This document shows, in pieces, positions 24,090 to 37,870 of a stretch of DNA of 64,000 nt; positions within the stretch are counted from its first letter, which is position 1, and every line of letters begins with the position of its first letter. This stretch comes from the human T2T-CHM13v2.0 reference genome, Homo sapiens: the NCBI RefSeq assembly GCF_009914755.1, contig NC_060946.1. The stretch is one strand, 5' to 3'. A program made the translations under genes and the position numbers. The notes below the pieces were generated by a model. That model did not search any database and was not told the DNA's origin. It saw only the letters and a list, made by a program, of their open reading frames with translations.

Positions 24090-24563
24090 TGTAGTGGGTA
24101 GAATGGTGGCCTCCAGAAAGACATGTCCAGAAAATTATATCTGGAAACTGTGAATGTGACCTTTTTTGAAAAGGGGCTTTTTGAAGATGTAATAAGGTTA
24201 AGGATCTCCAAAGGGGATCATCCTGGATTAGCCAGGCGGGCCCTAAATCCAATGACAAGTGTGTTTATGAGATACACAGAGGAGAAAAACAGAAAAGAGA
24301 GGAGAAAACTCAGAGAACATGATTATGTGAAGACGGAGGCCAAGGCTGGGGAGATGCAGCTGTGAGCCAAGGACTGCAGGAGCCACCAGGAGCTGGAAGA
24401 GGCAGGAAGGACCCTCCCCTGAAGACTCCGGAGGGAGCACGGCCAGGCCGACACCTTGACTTCACACTTCTGGCCTCCCGGACTGAAAGAGAATAGATGT
24501 CTGTTATTCAAAGCCACTCCATTTTTTGGCCATTTATCACAGAAGCCACAGACCATGAAAAAG
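24090..24563 (+). mobile_element. MLT1C-like MaLR solo LTR
   Basis: Starts TGTAGTGGGTAGAATGGTGGCC. Internal CCCTAAATCCAATGAC, CCAGGAGCTGGAAGAGGCAGGAAGG, CTTCTGGCCTCC. Flanks CCATC/CCACC. Confidence 0.88.
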
Positions 24564-24590
24564 CCACCTTACCGTGACTCACAAATGTCA

Positions 24591-24851
<261 letters not shown>

Positions 24852-25580
24852 CTAATGCTGTCTTGAGCATGGCCCTCTTTTTAAACACACCCAGCTCCCA
24901 CCTTGACCTTCACCTGCCAGAGAACGAAGGCAGGTGTTCCGGCTGGACATGTCTCTGAGGGTCAACCTGCATCTCCTTACCCACAGATATTCATGCATCT
25001 GAGCTCCTGCTTTCCTTGCAGGTAACTTTTCTGTCCCTTACTTGATGGGGTTCATCTCTTTTTTTCCTAGAGATAAAATAGCTTGGGTTTCTTCTTCAGG
25101 ATTTGTATTTAGCTACCAAGTAATTTTGCAGAAACCTTCTGCCACACTCCTGTGGAGTGACCAAGGTTGGGTTTAATATGATGGAGCACTGTCTTTGAGC
25201 AGCGAGATTGGATTTGGCATCATTGCCATGTCTGCCAGAGATTTTGAAAACAGATTTCTCCTTGGATCAAAGTCCAAATAGATGGTAGGTCATAAGAATT
25301 AGGTAGAAATGAGTGGCCAGTCCCCAGGTAGAGCCCTTCAAAGGGAAACTGCATGTAGCTCATCCGAGGCTAAAGGCACTTAGCTGGAGGGCTGCTAAAA
25401 CCCAAGAATGGGGCTGCCTCTGGTGCTGACAAAGTTTATGCGTTTAAATTTCTGTAAACCAAAGCCAGGTAAATACTGCAGTAGCAGCCTCTATTTTGGT
25501 GACCTTCACTGTAAATCATTTTGCAAAGCAGATAATGACCTCTCTAATGAAATAGCCCCCGTTTGTCTGCAGAAAACAAA

Positions 25581-26300
<720 letters not shown>

Positions 26301-27084
26301 TCACCTGTAAATTACAGAAAGTCTCTCTGCTTTTTCCACGTTCAACCCAGTTGCCGCTGAGCATCCATTTGGATTGAGTTAGCCTTGGTAATCGTCCTCT
26401 AAACAGAAGCTCGGGGTCGCCTGGGCCTGCCCACCCTCTCCTCTTCTCCCCAGTAAGGCTGCTCACCCCAGAAAGTGGCCTCCCCGACACCGACTCCCGG
26501 CCTCGTTCCTGTGACTTTGGGCCCCACAGATGAAGCCCCTCCAGATTCTGGCTTCTTGGACTTTTTCTCCCCTCTCCTCCTCCACAATTGCCTTCACTCC
26601 ATCCGACCACAAGTGTACTTCCCCAGGTGCAAATATAAATTATAGCCGGATCTCCCCAGCACAGCCTCCTGTCTCTCCAGCTTAGTCCCCAGCTGACCCC
26701 AGCACTGCCTCAGTTCTCACACCTGCCTCACCAACGCACACCTGGACTGAGGGGCCACCTGCCCACCTGCTGCTCACCAGCTGGTCCCTTTCTGGCTTGG
26801 AATCCCCCGAACTTCCTCCCAGTTGCTAGAAGCAAGTCACTGACATGCAGAGGACCCTCAACTGATCAACCCTCTCTCCCTCTGTCCAACACACCCGGCC
26901 AAAGCCCAGTTCCCAGGGAGCCTGCCCCAGCTTATTCCCGCAAGACCCAAACTCGTTGCTCTCTCCTGTGCACACTTGCCCACTTCTAGAATATTCTTTC
27001 ACCCCTTTTCCCTTTAGCTAATCTTCATGTTCAAATTTTGGCTTAAGTATCACATTCTCAAAAACACCTTCAGTGATCACCCCC

Positions 27085-27245
27085 GCGCATGTATGCATAC
27101 ACTAATGCATGCATACACACACACACACACACACATGCATGTACATGTCCACTCATGCACACACATGCACGTATTCACATATATATTATATATATATACA
27201 CACACACAGTCACACATACAGGTGCATACAGGCATGCACACATGT
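27085..27245. repeat. Compound (CA)n/(TA)n/CATG microsatellite within a probable L2 remnant
   Basis: Alternating purine-pyrimidine tract read directly. The L2 context is tentative. Confidence 0.85.
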
Positions 27246-27434
27246 CTGGGGAAACCAGCCCTCCATGTCACTCCTTCAGGGCACTATTGTCTGTTTACTT
27301 TGGCGTACCTGATTTCTTGCCCATGAATCTGTAAAGTCATGGGAGAGCCTCCTTCTGTCCTGCCCCTGGCTCTAGGCACTGTGTGCTCAGCTCATATTCT
27401 GGAGGTGCACAAGATGCCCCCCCCCATGGGACAG

Positions 27435-27652
27435 CAGTATCTTGGAAGTAGATCTTCCAGCCCCAGTCAAGCCATCAGATGATAGCGCCCCAGTGAACAC
27501 ATGACTGCAACTCCCTGAGAGATTCCAGATGAGAACTGCTCAGCCAAACTCTTCCAGAATTTCTGGCTAGCAGAAACCATGGAAAAGCAAATAATTATTG
27601 TTGGTTTAAGCTGACAACTGTTGGTTGATTTGTTATATTTGATAACTGGAAG
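27435..27652 (+). mobile_element. Old MLT1 (G/H-like) LTR, 3' part
   Basis: CCAGCCCCAGTCAAGCC, TGACTGCAACTCCCTGAGAGA, CAGAAACCATG...TTTAAGC...TTTGTTA. Confidence 0.7.
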
Positions 27653-28017
27653 AGCGTCTGTGGTTTCTCAACAAAGAAGATCCCCTAGAAGGATCAAGTG
27701 GAAAATGGGAAGGAAACATCTGGAGGGGCAATAAGCATTATCCTAACATCCTCTGCTTTTTAGTTCCTCTGAATCTTGCGGGACCACCATTCAGGCTATT
27801 GGGAGCCAAAAGTGACCATCAAGACATTCTTACCACCACTGTCATAAGTGCACTCCTCTAATCCCAACCTATGTCTTTTGATAGCCCCCTAAAGCTGCTG
27901 CTAGACAGTCTGGATTTTGTCCCCTAAAAGCCCTGAAATGCCTCAGAAGAGTATTGAATTAAATCCATGCAAAACCTACCCAAAGCTGAAAATGCAACAC
28001 ATAGATGACTTCCCATC

Positions 28018-28571
28018 TGTAGTGGGCAGCTTCTGAGATGATTCTCAGGAATCTATGGAATTCATTCTCCCACCTTCATGAGTTGGGCTGAACCTATTGG
28101 CTGGATTCTACCCAGTAGAATATGCCAAAAGTGATAGGATATTGCTTCTGATATTAGGCTGCAAAAAGACTGCAGCTTCCATCTTGGGACTGTCTGTTGC
28201 TCTCATCTGCTTGCTCTGAGCTGCCGTGATCTGAGCCACTCTATGGAGAGGCCCATGTGGCAAGAAATGAGGGAAATTTAGCAAACAGTTGATGAAGAAT
28301 TGAGGTCCACAGTTCAGCTGCCCAAGAGGAGCTCAATCCTGCCAGCAGCAACATGTGAGCCTGACAGCACATTATTTCCCGCTCAAGCTTTCAGATGAAA
28401 CAGCAGCCACAATAGGAGGCTTAGCTGCGACTTCATCAGGGATCACAAGCTGGAGGATTTAGCCAAGTGCACATGAATTTCTGACTCACAGAGACTGAGA
28501 TAACAAGGGCTTATTGTTTAAACTGCTAAAGTGTGAGATGACGTGTTATTAGGCTACACATAGCTAATATC
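28018..28571 (+). mobile_element. MLT1F/E-like MaLR LTR
   Basis: Starts TGTAGTGGGCAGCTTCTGAGATG. Internal CTATGGAGAGGCCCATGTGGCAAG, AATCCTGCCAGCA, TTTCTGACTCACAGAGACTG. Confidence 0.8.
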
Positions 28572-30749
28572 ATCCTTTATGTCATCCAATACAACCCATC
28601 AGTGGTTCTGCAATGAAATTAAAGGTAATATGAAAATATTTTAAGAGTAAAATGGGAAACAGGGAATCATAGTAATGCTCCATAATAAAAGGCCAAAAAC
28701 ATAGCAAGGCACTAACTACATGGGAATATTAACCCTCCACCATTACCAGCATCCTAGGGGGAGAATTAAATCCTGAAGATTAAATCTTGCAAGTAAAAGT
28801 TCAAAGACATTGGTGCCCAAAGAGATCCAAGTCCCTTTGCTCTTGTTAATAAACAACCAAAAATTCATCATCTCCAATGCCTTCTTCTGCCCATTCTCAG
28901 CCAGATTGCTTCTTGAGGCCAGGGCAGAAGTGGGCTCTGTCCACCACCAGCTTGGGCCTGAGGCCACTTCTCACTCAGAAGTGGCACTGGCTCAGTACAG
29001 TGACTCCGCAGCTTAATGTTAAAGACTGCTGGGTGTTATGGGGCAGAGAGTAGAACACAACCCTGGCCTAAAACCCACCAGGCTTGGAAAACAAACCAAG
29101 CTCTGCTCCTTGAAGCAATGATCCCAGGCACAATGACCTTTCCAGAACCTGAGACTTAGTGTTTCCAAAGTCTCTGGACTTGGAAGATCTGGGAGAAGGA
29201 AAACTTCTGGGCTTTGGGTAAACTCCTCTGGGCTTGGCTTTCAGGCTCTGTCGGTCAGTCAATGCCTGTGGCCCACGTGATGACCTGAGGTCACACACTT
29301 AGAGGAAGAACTCCCTGAACAAGACGTCCATTCTGAGTACACCATCTATAATGCAAGGTCACACGCCAGCCTGCATTATAGTGCCCCATCCTTTCCACGC
29401 TGTCTGGCACTGAGCAGATCCTCTGTCACAGCATAGCAGCCATTCCGCCTCCCCCTCCCCATCTCTCTGGCTGTTTCCATTGCCCCTTGCTGTGGACTTT
29501 CTAAGGCCGAAGGACCTGCCTTCCAAGCGTGCCTCCTCCTGACTCTATATTAAGCGAACTGGAGACCACGCTGTGGGCTTGGGGGAGTAGCCTGTGGAAC
29601 TCCTTGAATCTAGGACAAGAATCTGCATGACCCCTGGCCCTGTGTGAAAAACAGAGCCTGGAGGGGCTGGCCCAGCACTGTCCAACAGGCCTGCACCAAA
29701 AGCACACCTGGATTTTCAGCGGGTTCTTACACGCACCCCAAACCCAGCTGCTGGGCCCCTGAAAGGGATAAATGCTGTTGTTCTGCATACCCAGGCTGAA
29801 TAATCCTGGAAAAGCTCTTTCTCTACAATTAGATCCTTGCCCCACCTGCCTACCCAGGCTTCTGAAGCCCACCAACATATGGCTGGGACCCTCCTCTGAC
29901 CCCATGAGCCATGGCCACTACGTGTGAGGCTCTACCTCCCCCACGGCCAGGCCCAGGGCTGTCTGCCAGGACCCTGTCTTCCTAAAAGTGAAACAAACCT
30001 TGCGCTCTACAGGCAGATGCCCACGTACGGGCCAGGCCAGCTCGGCCGCCTCGACCTGATAGGGTAAAAGCCCAAATGCTCAGGTCCTGGCCAGCCAGGC
30101 ATTACAAGACCATTGCCTCCTGCCTTCCCCGTGCCAGAAGCCATAGTAGTCAGTGCTGTGTTATTTTTCTAGACATAATTTCCTAGGAACTAAGTTCCAG
30201 GGCACTGGATTTTGGGGTGTCTTGGCTCGGATCTGCAGATTTGCAGGCCTCCTGTCCCTTCCAAATGTAGCACATGGCCTGGTAGATGGAGAAGACACGC
30301 CCTCTGCTGCTGGTGAGTCTGAGGGATGGGAAGAGAGGAGGTGGCTGAGGGCAAGGGGGCACCTTCCTCACCTGGAGTCCGGATGGAGTGGACCAGCCTG
30401 GTCAGCGGCGGATGCTCTGCAGCAGGACACACGGGCAGGGACGTCCCCAGGGGAGCAGTGCCAGGCGAGTCCTGAGCTCAGCTCACCTGGGGAGGAGGGA
30501 AGAAGCAGAACTGCCAGGCCCCCTCCTCCCTTGTCCCCAGCCTCCCTGTACCTGTCTGCCCTGCAGGGAGACGCCATGGAGGGCAGGACCCAGCTGCCCC
30601 ACACCAAGGGGGACCAGAGGGGGAGGCAGTGTTCCCAGATCATAGCAAGGTGGGAAGGAAGACGCAAACCCCGCTATCTAACCATGCAGGGACTTGCTAC
30701 CGCTGATGACATGTGTGCCTGAGCCTCTGAAATCTAACCTCCCTCCTGT

Positions 30750-31240
30750 CTCACACACACCACACACCATAGACCCCACCCACACACACACCAGACACCA
30801 CATGCACACACCACACACACCACACACACACCACATACACACCACACACAACCACACAGCACACACAACATGCATCACACACACCAAACACACACCACAT
30901 ATATACTACACACAACCACACACCACACACCGCATACACACCACACACACACACCATGCACCACACACATCATACACCCCCCACACACCATACACACACA
31001 CACCATACACACACATACACCACACATGCCACACACACCATACACACACAACACACACACTATTCACCACACACCACACATGCACACCACACACACCACA
31101 TATACACCACACACACAAACACACCACACACCATACACTCCACACACATACCAAATACCACACAGACACACATACACACCACCACCACACACATGACATA
31201 CACACACCGCTCACTCCACCATACACACACACACCACCTA
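30750..31240. repeat. CA-rich low-complexity tract ((CA)n/(CACAC)n)
   Basis: About 490 bp composed almost entirely of C and A on the + strand. Confidence 0.95.
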
Positions 31241-34200
31241 CGCACCACTTTTATTGAGGTTAAAGAGTCCAGCATTTCCCACGGAGGAAGCAAATCCTTT
31301 CTCCTCCACAGTCACGCGTTCTGCACGCGTATCCCACGCTGCCATGTGGACGTCTAAGTGGAGAGACAGAGGCTCTTCCCGGCAGCGCTGCCGCTCAAGC
31401 GGGAGAGGCCGACCCCGACCCTGAAACCCTCGCAGGCGCCTGGTGCTAGCAGAGGCTGGGGTTGTCCTCGTTGTACCAAGGGTGCCGGAGAGGGAAGGTG
31501 GGTGGGCCAGTGCTGCCTCAGAGCCGGGGACAGGGTCTGGTCCTTCCCTGTCACTCCTGTCCCCCTAACCATAGCCCAGCGGCCACCCACGGAGGGCAGA
31601 GCAGCCCCAGGGCCTCCAGGCCTGGCCAGAGCTTGGCGAGCTCCACTGCATCTGGAGAAGGGGCTGTGGCTTGCAGTGGCCCAGACTTAGCCCCTAACGG
31701 GCCGGGCGCCATGGGCCCCACCTGCCCCCCAGCGCTGGCCTGAACCCACCACCTCCCACCTCCAATGACTCCTCCCCATGCGGCTTACCCCAACCCGCCT
31801 CCCTGCAGCCTCACTCTGCTTCCCCTTTTAGCCTCTCCCCCGCCTCCAGCCATCCTCGCCACGCCCAGGCCTCCCATGGGTGACAGGTGACGTGCGTGAC
31901 GGATGGGAAGCGGCGCACACACCGCACCTTAGCTCTGCAGAGGCTCCAGCTCCATCGCTTCCAGTGCATCCACCTGCTCCTGCTGGAATCGCGGCTCTGG
32001 GTCTTTCCTGCCTCTGTGGGGCAGACACACCTGGGGCTGCTCTGCAAGGGCCCAGGAGCTCGGGCGCAGAGCCTCGGGGGTGCTGCGAGGAGACCAGCGT
32101 GAGAGGCTGCAGCAGGCGGGACAGGTAGCACTGGGCACCTCCTTCCTGACACCACGGCTCCCTGGTCAAGGTTTGGCAGGGCGCTGATTCTCTCATGCAC
32201 TCCTGGATGCTCACACCCCTCTGGGAGGGCAGTGGAGGCTCCCAGGCCTCCCGGGGTGGCCCTTCATGGGAGGGGCAGCAGAAAGCGTTCCTTGCGTCAG
32301 AATGTCCAAGGGACCAGGACTTGATATTCCCAGAGGCAGGTGTAGTGGAGGCTGAACAGAAGCTGGGTCTTAGCCTGGAAGAGACAAAGGCAGCCTGGGG
32401 TGTCAGGAGAAAAGAGGGCATTGGTGGTGGCAGTGCCCAGGGTCGGGGGCAGGCACAGAAACGGGGTCCCATCCACGAGCCGACTCCTCCTCAGCCCCGG
32501 GTCTCTCCCAGGATGCCTGTGCCTCCCCATCTTCCATGTCTTTTCCACAGCTGGACCAAACCCTTCACCCTTTCACGTTCAATTGGGGCCACCGCTCCCA
32601 GGGACCCTGGCCCGTCATATGGTCCCATCTTTGCTGGGCGCCCAGGGATCCTGCTGTCCGTCCGCACCGGTACCCATGCACCATTGGCTTCTCTTCCTCT
32701 CCCTCTGATACATGACCCCCAGGGGCCAGGGCAGCAGACAGTCGGTGCTCGTTCTGTACCTGTAGGTGGAATAAATCAACCAAGGAGTGGGTGACGCGTT
32801 CCTGGTGCCCCCTTAGGAGGCCACGCCTGGCTCCTCACAGGGATTCGCAGGTACAGGAGAAGTCGGTACAGGCCCCACCTCCCGAGGGGCGTGGGCTCCT
32901 TTCTCCCGCCCGTGGTCTGACGCCCAGCCTGTGGTCTCATCTGTGGCCACCCGGGGAAATGACAGTCCCTCTTCGAGCGGGAAAGGGGTTCATTATGTCT
33001 CGATCGCTCAGAGAAGGCAACCAGGTCTCGGGGGAGGCCTCCTCCAAGGTTATCCACGATGTGGCCGAGTGGGTACAAACCGCACCCACCTACCCAGCAT
33101 TCTGCCCTCGCCTCCCGGGCTGGCACCGGCCCTTGCCAGTCCAGCTCTGAGCCTGCCCAGGGCTGAGCCGGGCTGGGATGAAATCCAAGGTCCCATCCTG
33201 CATTTGGCTCCTCGGCAGGCGTGGCTGTGTCCCCGGGGCCCTGACCTCAGGCTCTGTTCTCTCCCTAGAAGTCACCCTCACCAAAGATGTCCCCAAAATA
33301 TCATGGTTGCCCTTGGTAACCAATCACGCATGTGTCACCCATTCATGTATTTAACCCTTTGCTGAAGGTTGCCAGATTTTCAGTGGTTGTGCCTTCTGGG
33401 GCCACAGTTCCCGACTGTATGCTCATCATAGAGATGGAAGCTCCCTTAGCCCTTCCCACAGGATGCAGGGATGTGGAGACCCCCACCCTCGCCACCCTGT
33501 GCCTCTGTGAACTGAAGGAAAGAGGAGGCACAGTGTGGCTTTCTGTCCCTGGAGGGGAGCAACTGAGGCTGCCTCCCAGGGTGTGGTGCTGGGTTGTGAG
33601 GGTCTCCCGGCTGCACTGGTGTCCTTTGGAAAGGGTCGTCTGGGAGACTGAACATGTGGTTGGGAGCCCCAGCTCCAGGTCCTAGTCCCGCAGTGGAGCA
33701 TGGGCCTAGAGCAGGCCTTCCCTTTCTCCCCTGCAGCTGGAGGCTCCTGTGGGCTCTGGGCGGCCGCCGGCTCCCTCTCACCCTTGTGAGTCCCCTGCCC
33801 CTGCCCTGAGCTGCAGTGCCCAGGCGAAGGGCCTGCGTGTGTGTAGCTCTGAGGCAGGGACTGTGCAAGTTTCAAGACAGGCGCATCCCTCCAGAAGCCT
33901 GCAGGCTGAGAGGAACCACACGGGCGCTTACCAGGAGGCTAACAGATCCCTGCACCCCAAGACCTGGGCCCTCCATGCAGGAGGCCCCAGGACAGAATCA
34001 ACCCCTCCACTCCCAGCTTCTGACATGTTGACACTTGTCTCCCTGGCAGGGCACACACCTCAGCTGGGCCCTGTGGCAGGTGAACCCCTGGAGGGAAAGA
34101 AACAAGACTCATTCAACACAGACCCAGCCTCAGGCCCAGGAAGACTGTAGGGGTTGGGGAGGTACAAAAGCAGCCCCAAGGTCCCTGTGTCCCCACTGTG

Positions 34201-34269
34201 GGGTGATGCGGCCAGTGGTGACTGGTTCCAATGCTGGCCTGAAGCTCAGCTGGGTAAGGCCTGATCTAT

Positions 34270-34648
34270 ACTTCCAAGTGCCTGCTGGGGAGGTCTGAGC
34301 AAATTCCACGGACCGGGTGGCTTCAGCACCAGAAGGCACCATCTCATCGTCCTGGAGGCCAGAGGCTCAAGAGCCAGGTGCCTGCTGGGGCAGCTCCTCC
34401 TGGGGCCTCCTTCTTGGCCTGCAGATGCCGCCTTCTCCCTGTCCTCACAAGCCCTTCCTCTTGGGTGTCTGTATCCTCTTCTCCTCTCCTTACAAGGATA
34501 TCTCCATACGAGATCAGGGCCCCTGTAATGACCTCATGGAATCTTAGTCATCTGTTTGAAGACTCTGTCTCCAACAACAGTCCCATGCTGAGGTCTTGGG
34601 GGTTGGGGCTTCAACACGTGAATGTGGGGGCAAAACTCACCTGTGACA
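34270..34648 (-). mobile_element. MLT1A/B-like LTR (diverged)
   Basis: GGGTGGCTT, TCCTGGAGGCCAGAGG, CTTACAAGGA, AATGACCTCAT, TGTCTCCAA, GGGGCTTCAACACGTGAAT. Confidence 0.75.
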
Positions 34649-35329
34649 GGTGGGAAGGGCAGCCTCCAAGGACCGAGGACATCTAAGAGGAAATGCCCAG
34701 GACAGCTGTCCTCTCCTCACTAGAGCTGACAGCTGCAGGTGAGGGGCTACAGGGCCCACCAGGGGGTCTCCTGTGTGCATCCCCCCCGGGAGGGCTGATT
34801 GTGGGGCAGCCCTTTATGGGTCCCCGGGCACAGCCACAGTGGTGCCAAGTCAATCCCTGAGTGGATTTCTTTTCTACAAGCCACCTCTGCACATAGCTAA
34901 ATTAAAAATTAGATCACCCACCTAAGCCCAGAGCATTCGAAAACACCTCCCCGACCTGTTTGACTTTGGATGGGCAGTAAGGCAGCACTGTGGATGGGCA
35001 GGAAGGCAGCATTTTTGGTTTTGGTTTTGTTTGTTCCTGTTGACTGAGTTGTTGGTTGGGTGGGGATGGGGTGAGGGCTCATGACCAGTAATGGCTTGGA
35101 GGAAAATCAGCCCCTTCCCTCGGGGAGGGGGCTCCATGGGCCAAGGCTGTGGAGGCAGGGAGACCATTCACAGCAGGGCCCAGGGCAGCAGACTCTCAGC
35201 AGCCTCTCAGAGTCTCAAAATCTGTTGGTGAGCAGGATACTGTTGGGTGGAAGGAGGGCCTGGATATAATCAGCTCTGGATAAAGATTCCTCCTCCTTCT
35301 CACTTTTCCCCAGCAGGAAAAGTGCTCAT

Positions 35330-35600
35330 TCTAGCCACATGGTGCCCATCCCCAGGGCCTCTCCGCATGGCTGACTTGGGCTTCCACACAGCGTGGCAGT
35401 TCTGAGTGAGTGTGGCTTCTTCCACAGAAGCTGCTTTCTCCAGAGTGAGTCCCAAGGGACCCCCTGTAAGTGGCAATGCCAGGACCTTGAAGCCCCAGGG
35501 TGGCACTTCTACCTCATCCTATTGGTGAAACAAGACTGAGGCTAGCAGGCTCCATAGGGAGGGGAGGAATCGGCTTCTCCCCTCCCAGGGGAAACACCAG
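35330..35600 (-). mobile_element. Old MLT1 (H/I/J-like) LTR fragment
   Basis: GGCCTCTCCGCATGGCTGACTTGGGCTTCC-ACAGCGTGGC and CACTTCTACCTCATCCTATTGGT. Confidence 0.55.
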
Positions 35601-35789
35601 TGCTTCGGGCTCGGGGTGGGTGGGAGGAATCGATGTGGTCCTCTTACAGGCGGTCGCCCCATGAGCTGCTTCCGCCTTCTGTGTGGTTAATGCGTATTAA
35701 TTAGGGCTAAATGTCACAGCAACTGAGAATGAAGTTACCTTTATCTCTCTTATGACAGAGAAGGAAATGGAGCTCATAGAAGCTTGGCA

Positions 35790-35931
35790 TCCAGCCCAAG
35801 ACCACCCACCTGTCAATAACCTTGACACGACAGGAGCCCTCGCCAGTCCGACCCCCAAACTCCAGCCCAAGACCACCCACCTGTCAATAACCTCGCCACG
35901 ACAGGAGCCCTCACCAGTCCGACCCCCAAAC
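35790..35931. repeat. 71-bp tandem duplication
   Basis: TCCAGCCCAAGACCACCCACCTGTCAATAACC...CCGACCCCCAAAC starts at 35790 and 35861, with 3 mismatches. Confidence 0.93.
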
Positions 35932-36324
35932 CCAAGCGTCTGTACAATCGTGTTTCCATTGAGGACAAAGCAGTTGATCTGTTTGGAAGATTTTGATCCC
36001 TGGCATGGGTTTCTGAGGAAGGGTCTGAGATTCACGTTGGAAGTCTCTGAATGAGCCTGCCATTTTGTCAAGTGATAAGAAATTTCCAGTAGACATTCCT
36101 TCTGTGCATGTTGAGCTTGTGGACGGAACTGGGTGGCAGGCTGTGGTTTTAGGACATGTGGCCAGATTGGCTGAGGGTAGGAGGGTGCAGTATTGACTGC
36201 AATTGTGAAAGCGTAGAATTTTCTCGTGGAAAGTGGCTTGGAACATGGTCCAATCGAACATCATCATCCTACAACTGAGGAATGTGAAGTCTGAGTTTCT
36301 AAGCTCCCAAACCCGTCTGAAACG

Positions 36325-36745
36325 AGAACACAGACACACACACAGACATGCACACACACACACACAGACCACAGACACACACATAGACATGCACACACAC
36401 ACACACAGACCACAGACACACACACAGACATGCACACACACACACAGACCACAGACACACACAGAGACACACAAGATGCACACAGACATACACACATGCA
36501 CACACACAGACACACAGATGCAATATAGACAGACACACACAGACACATACAGACACACACGCAGACATGCAAAGACACACACAGATACACACAGACATGT
36601 AAAAACACAAAGACACACAGGCTCACACAGACACAGACACATACAGATGCACACAGACACAGACATGCAAAAACGCACAAACACACACAGACACAGACAG
36701 ACCCATGCACACACTGACACGCAGACACACACACTGACACACAGT
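36325..36745. repeat. (CA)n/(CAGA) compound microsatellite
   Basis: Direct reading of the repeat. Confidence 0.95.
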
Positions 36746-37644
36746 CTCAGGGAGGCTGAGCCGGGTGCTGGGTTAGCTCACAGACTTGCTTCCACCATGG
36801 CTTCTGACACATGGGGGTGGCCATGAGGATGGGGGAGGCCGTGGGGACAGAAGCACAGCCGGCCTGACCCAGGCGGGCCAGAGCTCACCGGGCTCTGGTC
36901 CTTCGTTCCCAGGTGGGCGGCTCCAGCCCCTCCATCCCCTCGGGTCTGGGCAGGCTCTGTCCCACCGGGCACTGCCTTGGCCCCCCTGGCACCCAGGCAA
37001 CCCCTAGGCAGGCCTGGCTGGGCACTGGTGTGGGGCCTGGCTCATACCGGGGGGTGGGAAGAAGGGTCCTGCCCCGTCTCCCTGCATGTGGGCTCTGTCT
37101 TCTGCAGAACAACCTCAGGCCTGCAATGGTGTTGGCATCTGTCAGAGCAAAGCAGAACCTCCCTCCTCCCAGACTCCAGTGGCTGAGCTGGGCCGTCAGG
37201 GCAGGGATGGTGAGGGTTCAAATGCCAGGGCAGAGCTGGCCACGGCATCCCGTCCACCCACAAATGTCTCCGCAGACCCTGGTGATGGCTGTACTGGGGG
37301 TGCAGCCCCCAGAACCACTCGAAGCTCACGTAGACTGCTCCCCCAAGCACGGGGGTGGGGGAGGCTGGCCCCCTGAGCAGGGCCCGGCCTCTGCACCAGT
37401 GCAGCCCCACCTCCCTCCCAGCCCAGGTCCAGGCTGCTGGGGGTGCAGAGAGGGCGAGCTGCAAGTGGAGGTGAGAAGGGAGCTCGTGGGACGCAGGCTC
37501 AGAGAGAAGCCTCCGAGGAACCTCTCTGTTCCCTTCACGAGCGGAGCCTTGGGGCAGCTCCATGTTTCTGCCACAGTTATCTCAGGAGATGATGGCTGTG
37601 GGCTGTGTTTGTGGGTGTGTGCATTTGTGCACCTGTGTGTGTGT

Positions 37645-37870
37645 GAAGAGGGAGAGAGACAGAGGGGAGTGAGACAGAGACCTGGAGAGGGGATGGGAGA
37701 GAGAGATTGGAAGGGGAAGGAGGAGGAGAGAGGCAGGAAAGCAGAGAGGGACAGGGAGAGTGCGGAGGGACAGGACCATTAGGGAAACAGGGAGAGGGAG
37801 GGAGAAGAGAGGGAGAGAGGAGGTGTGAGAAACAGCAGGAGAGAGAGGGAGGGCGCGGGAGAGAGAGGGA
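37645..37870. repeat. GA-rich low-complexity tract
   Basis: Purine-rich + strand. Confidence 0.8.

Noticed and set aside
30678-31357. His/Thr-rich and Cys/Val-rich ORFs (also at 35911-36826 and 47282-47973)
   Set aside because: Translations of CA/TG dinucleotide tracts.
34753-34770. CTCF-like CCACCAGGGGG
   Set aside because: The 3' GCGC part of the core is replaced by GTCT. Too weak to call without ChIP data.
36913-37782. 289-aa ORF and other 150-220-aa GC-rich ORFs
   Set aside because: No recognisable domain. Pro/Gly/Arg/Trp-rich composition is typical of GC-rich non-coding DNA, ORFs overlap on both strands, and many begin at GTG or TTG.
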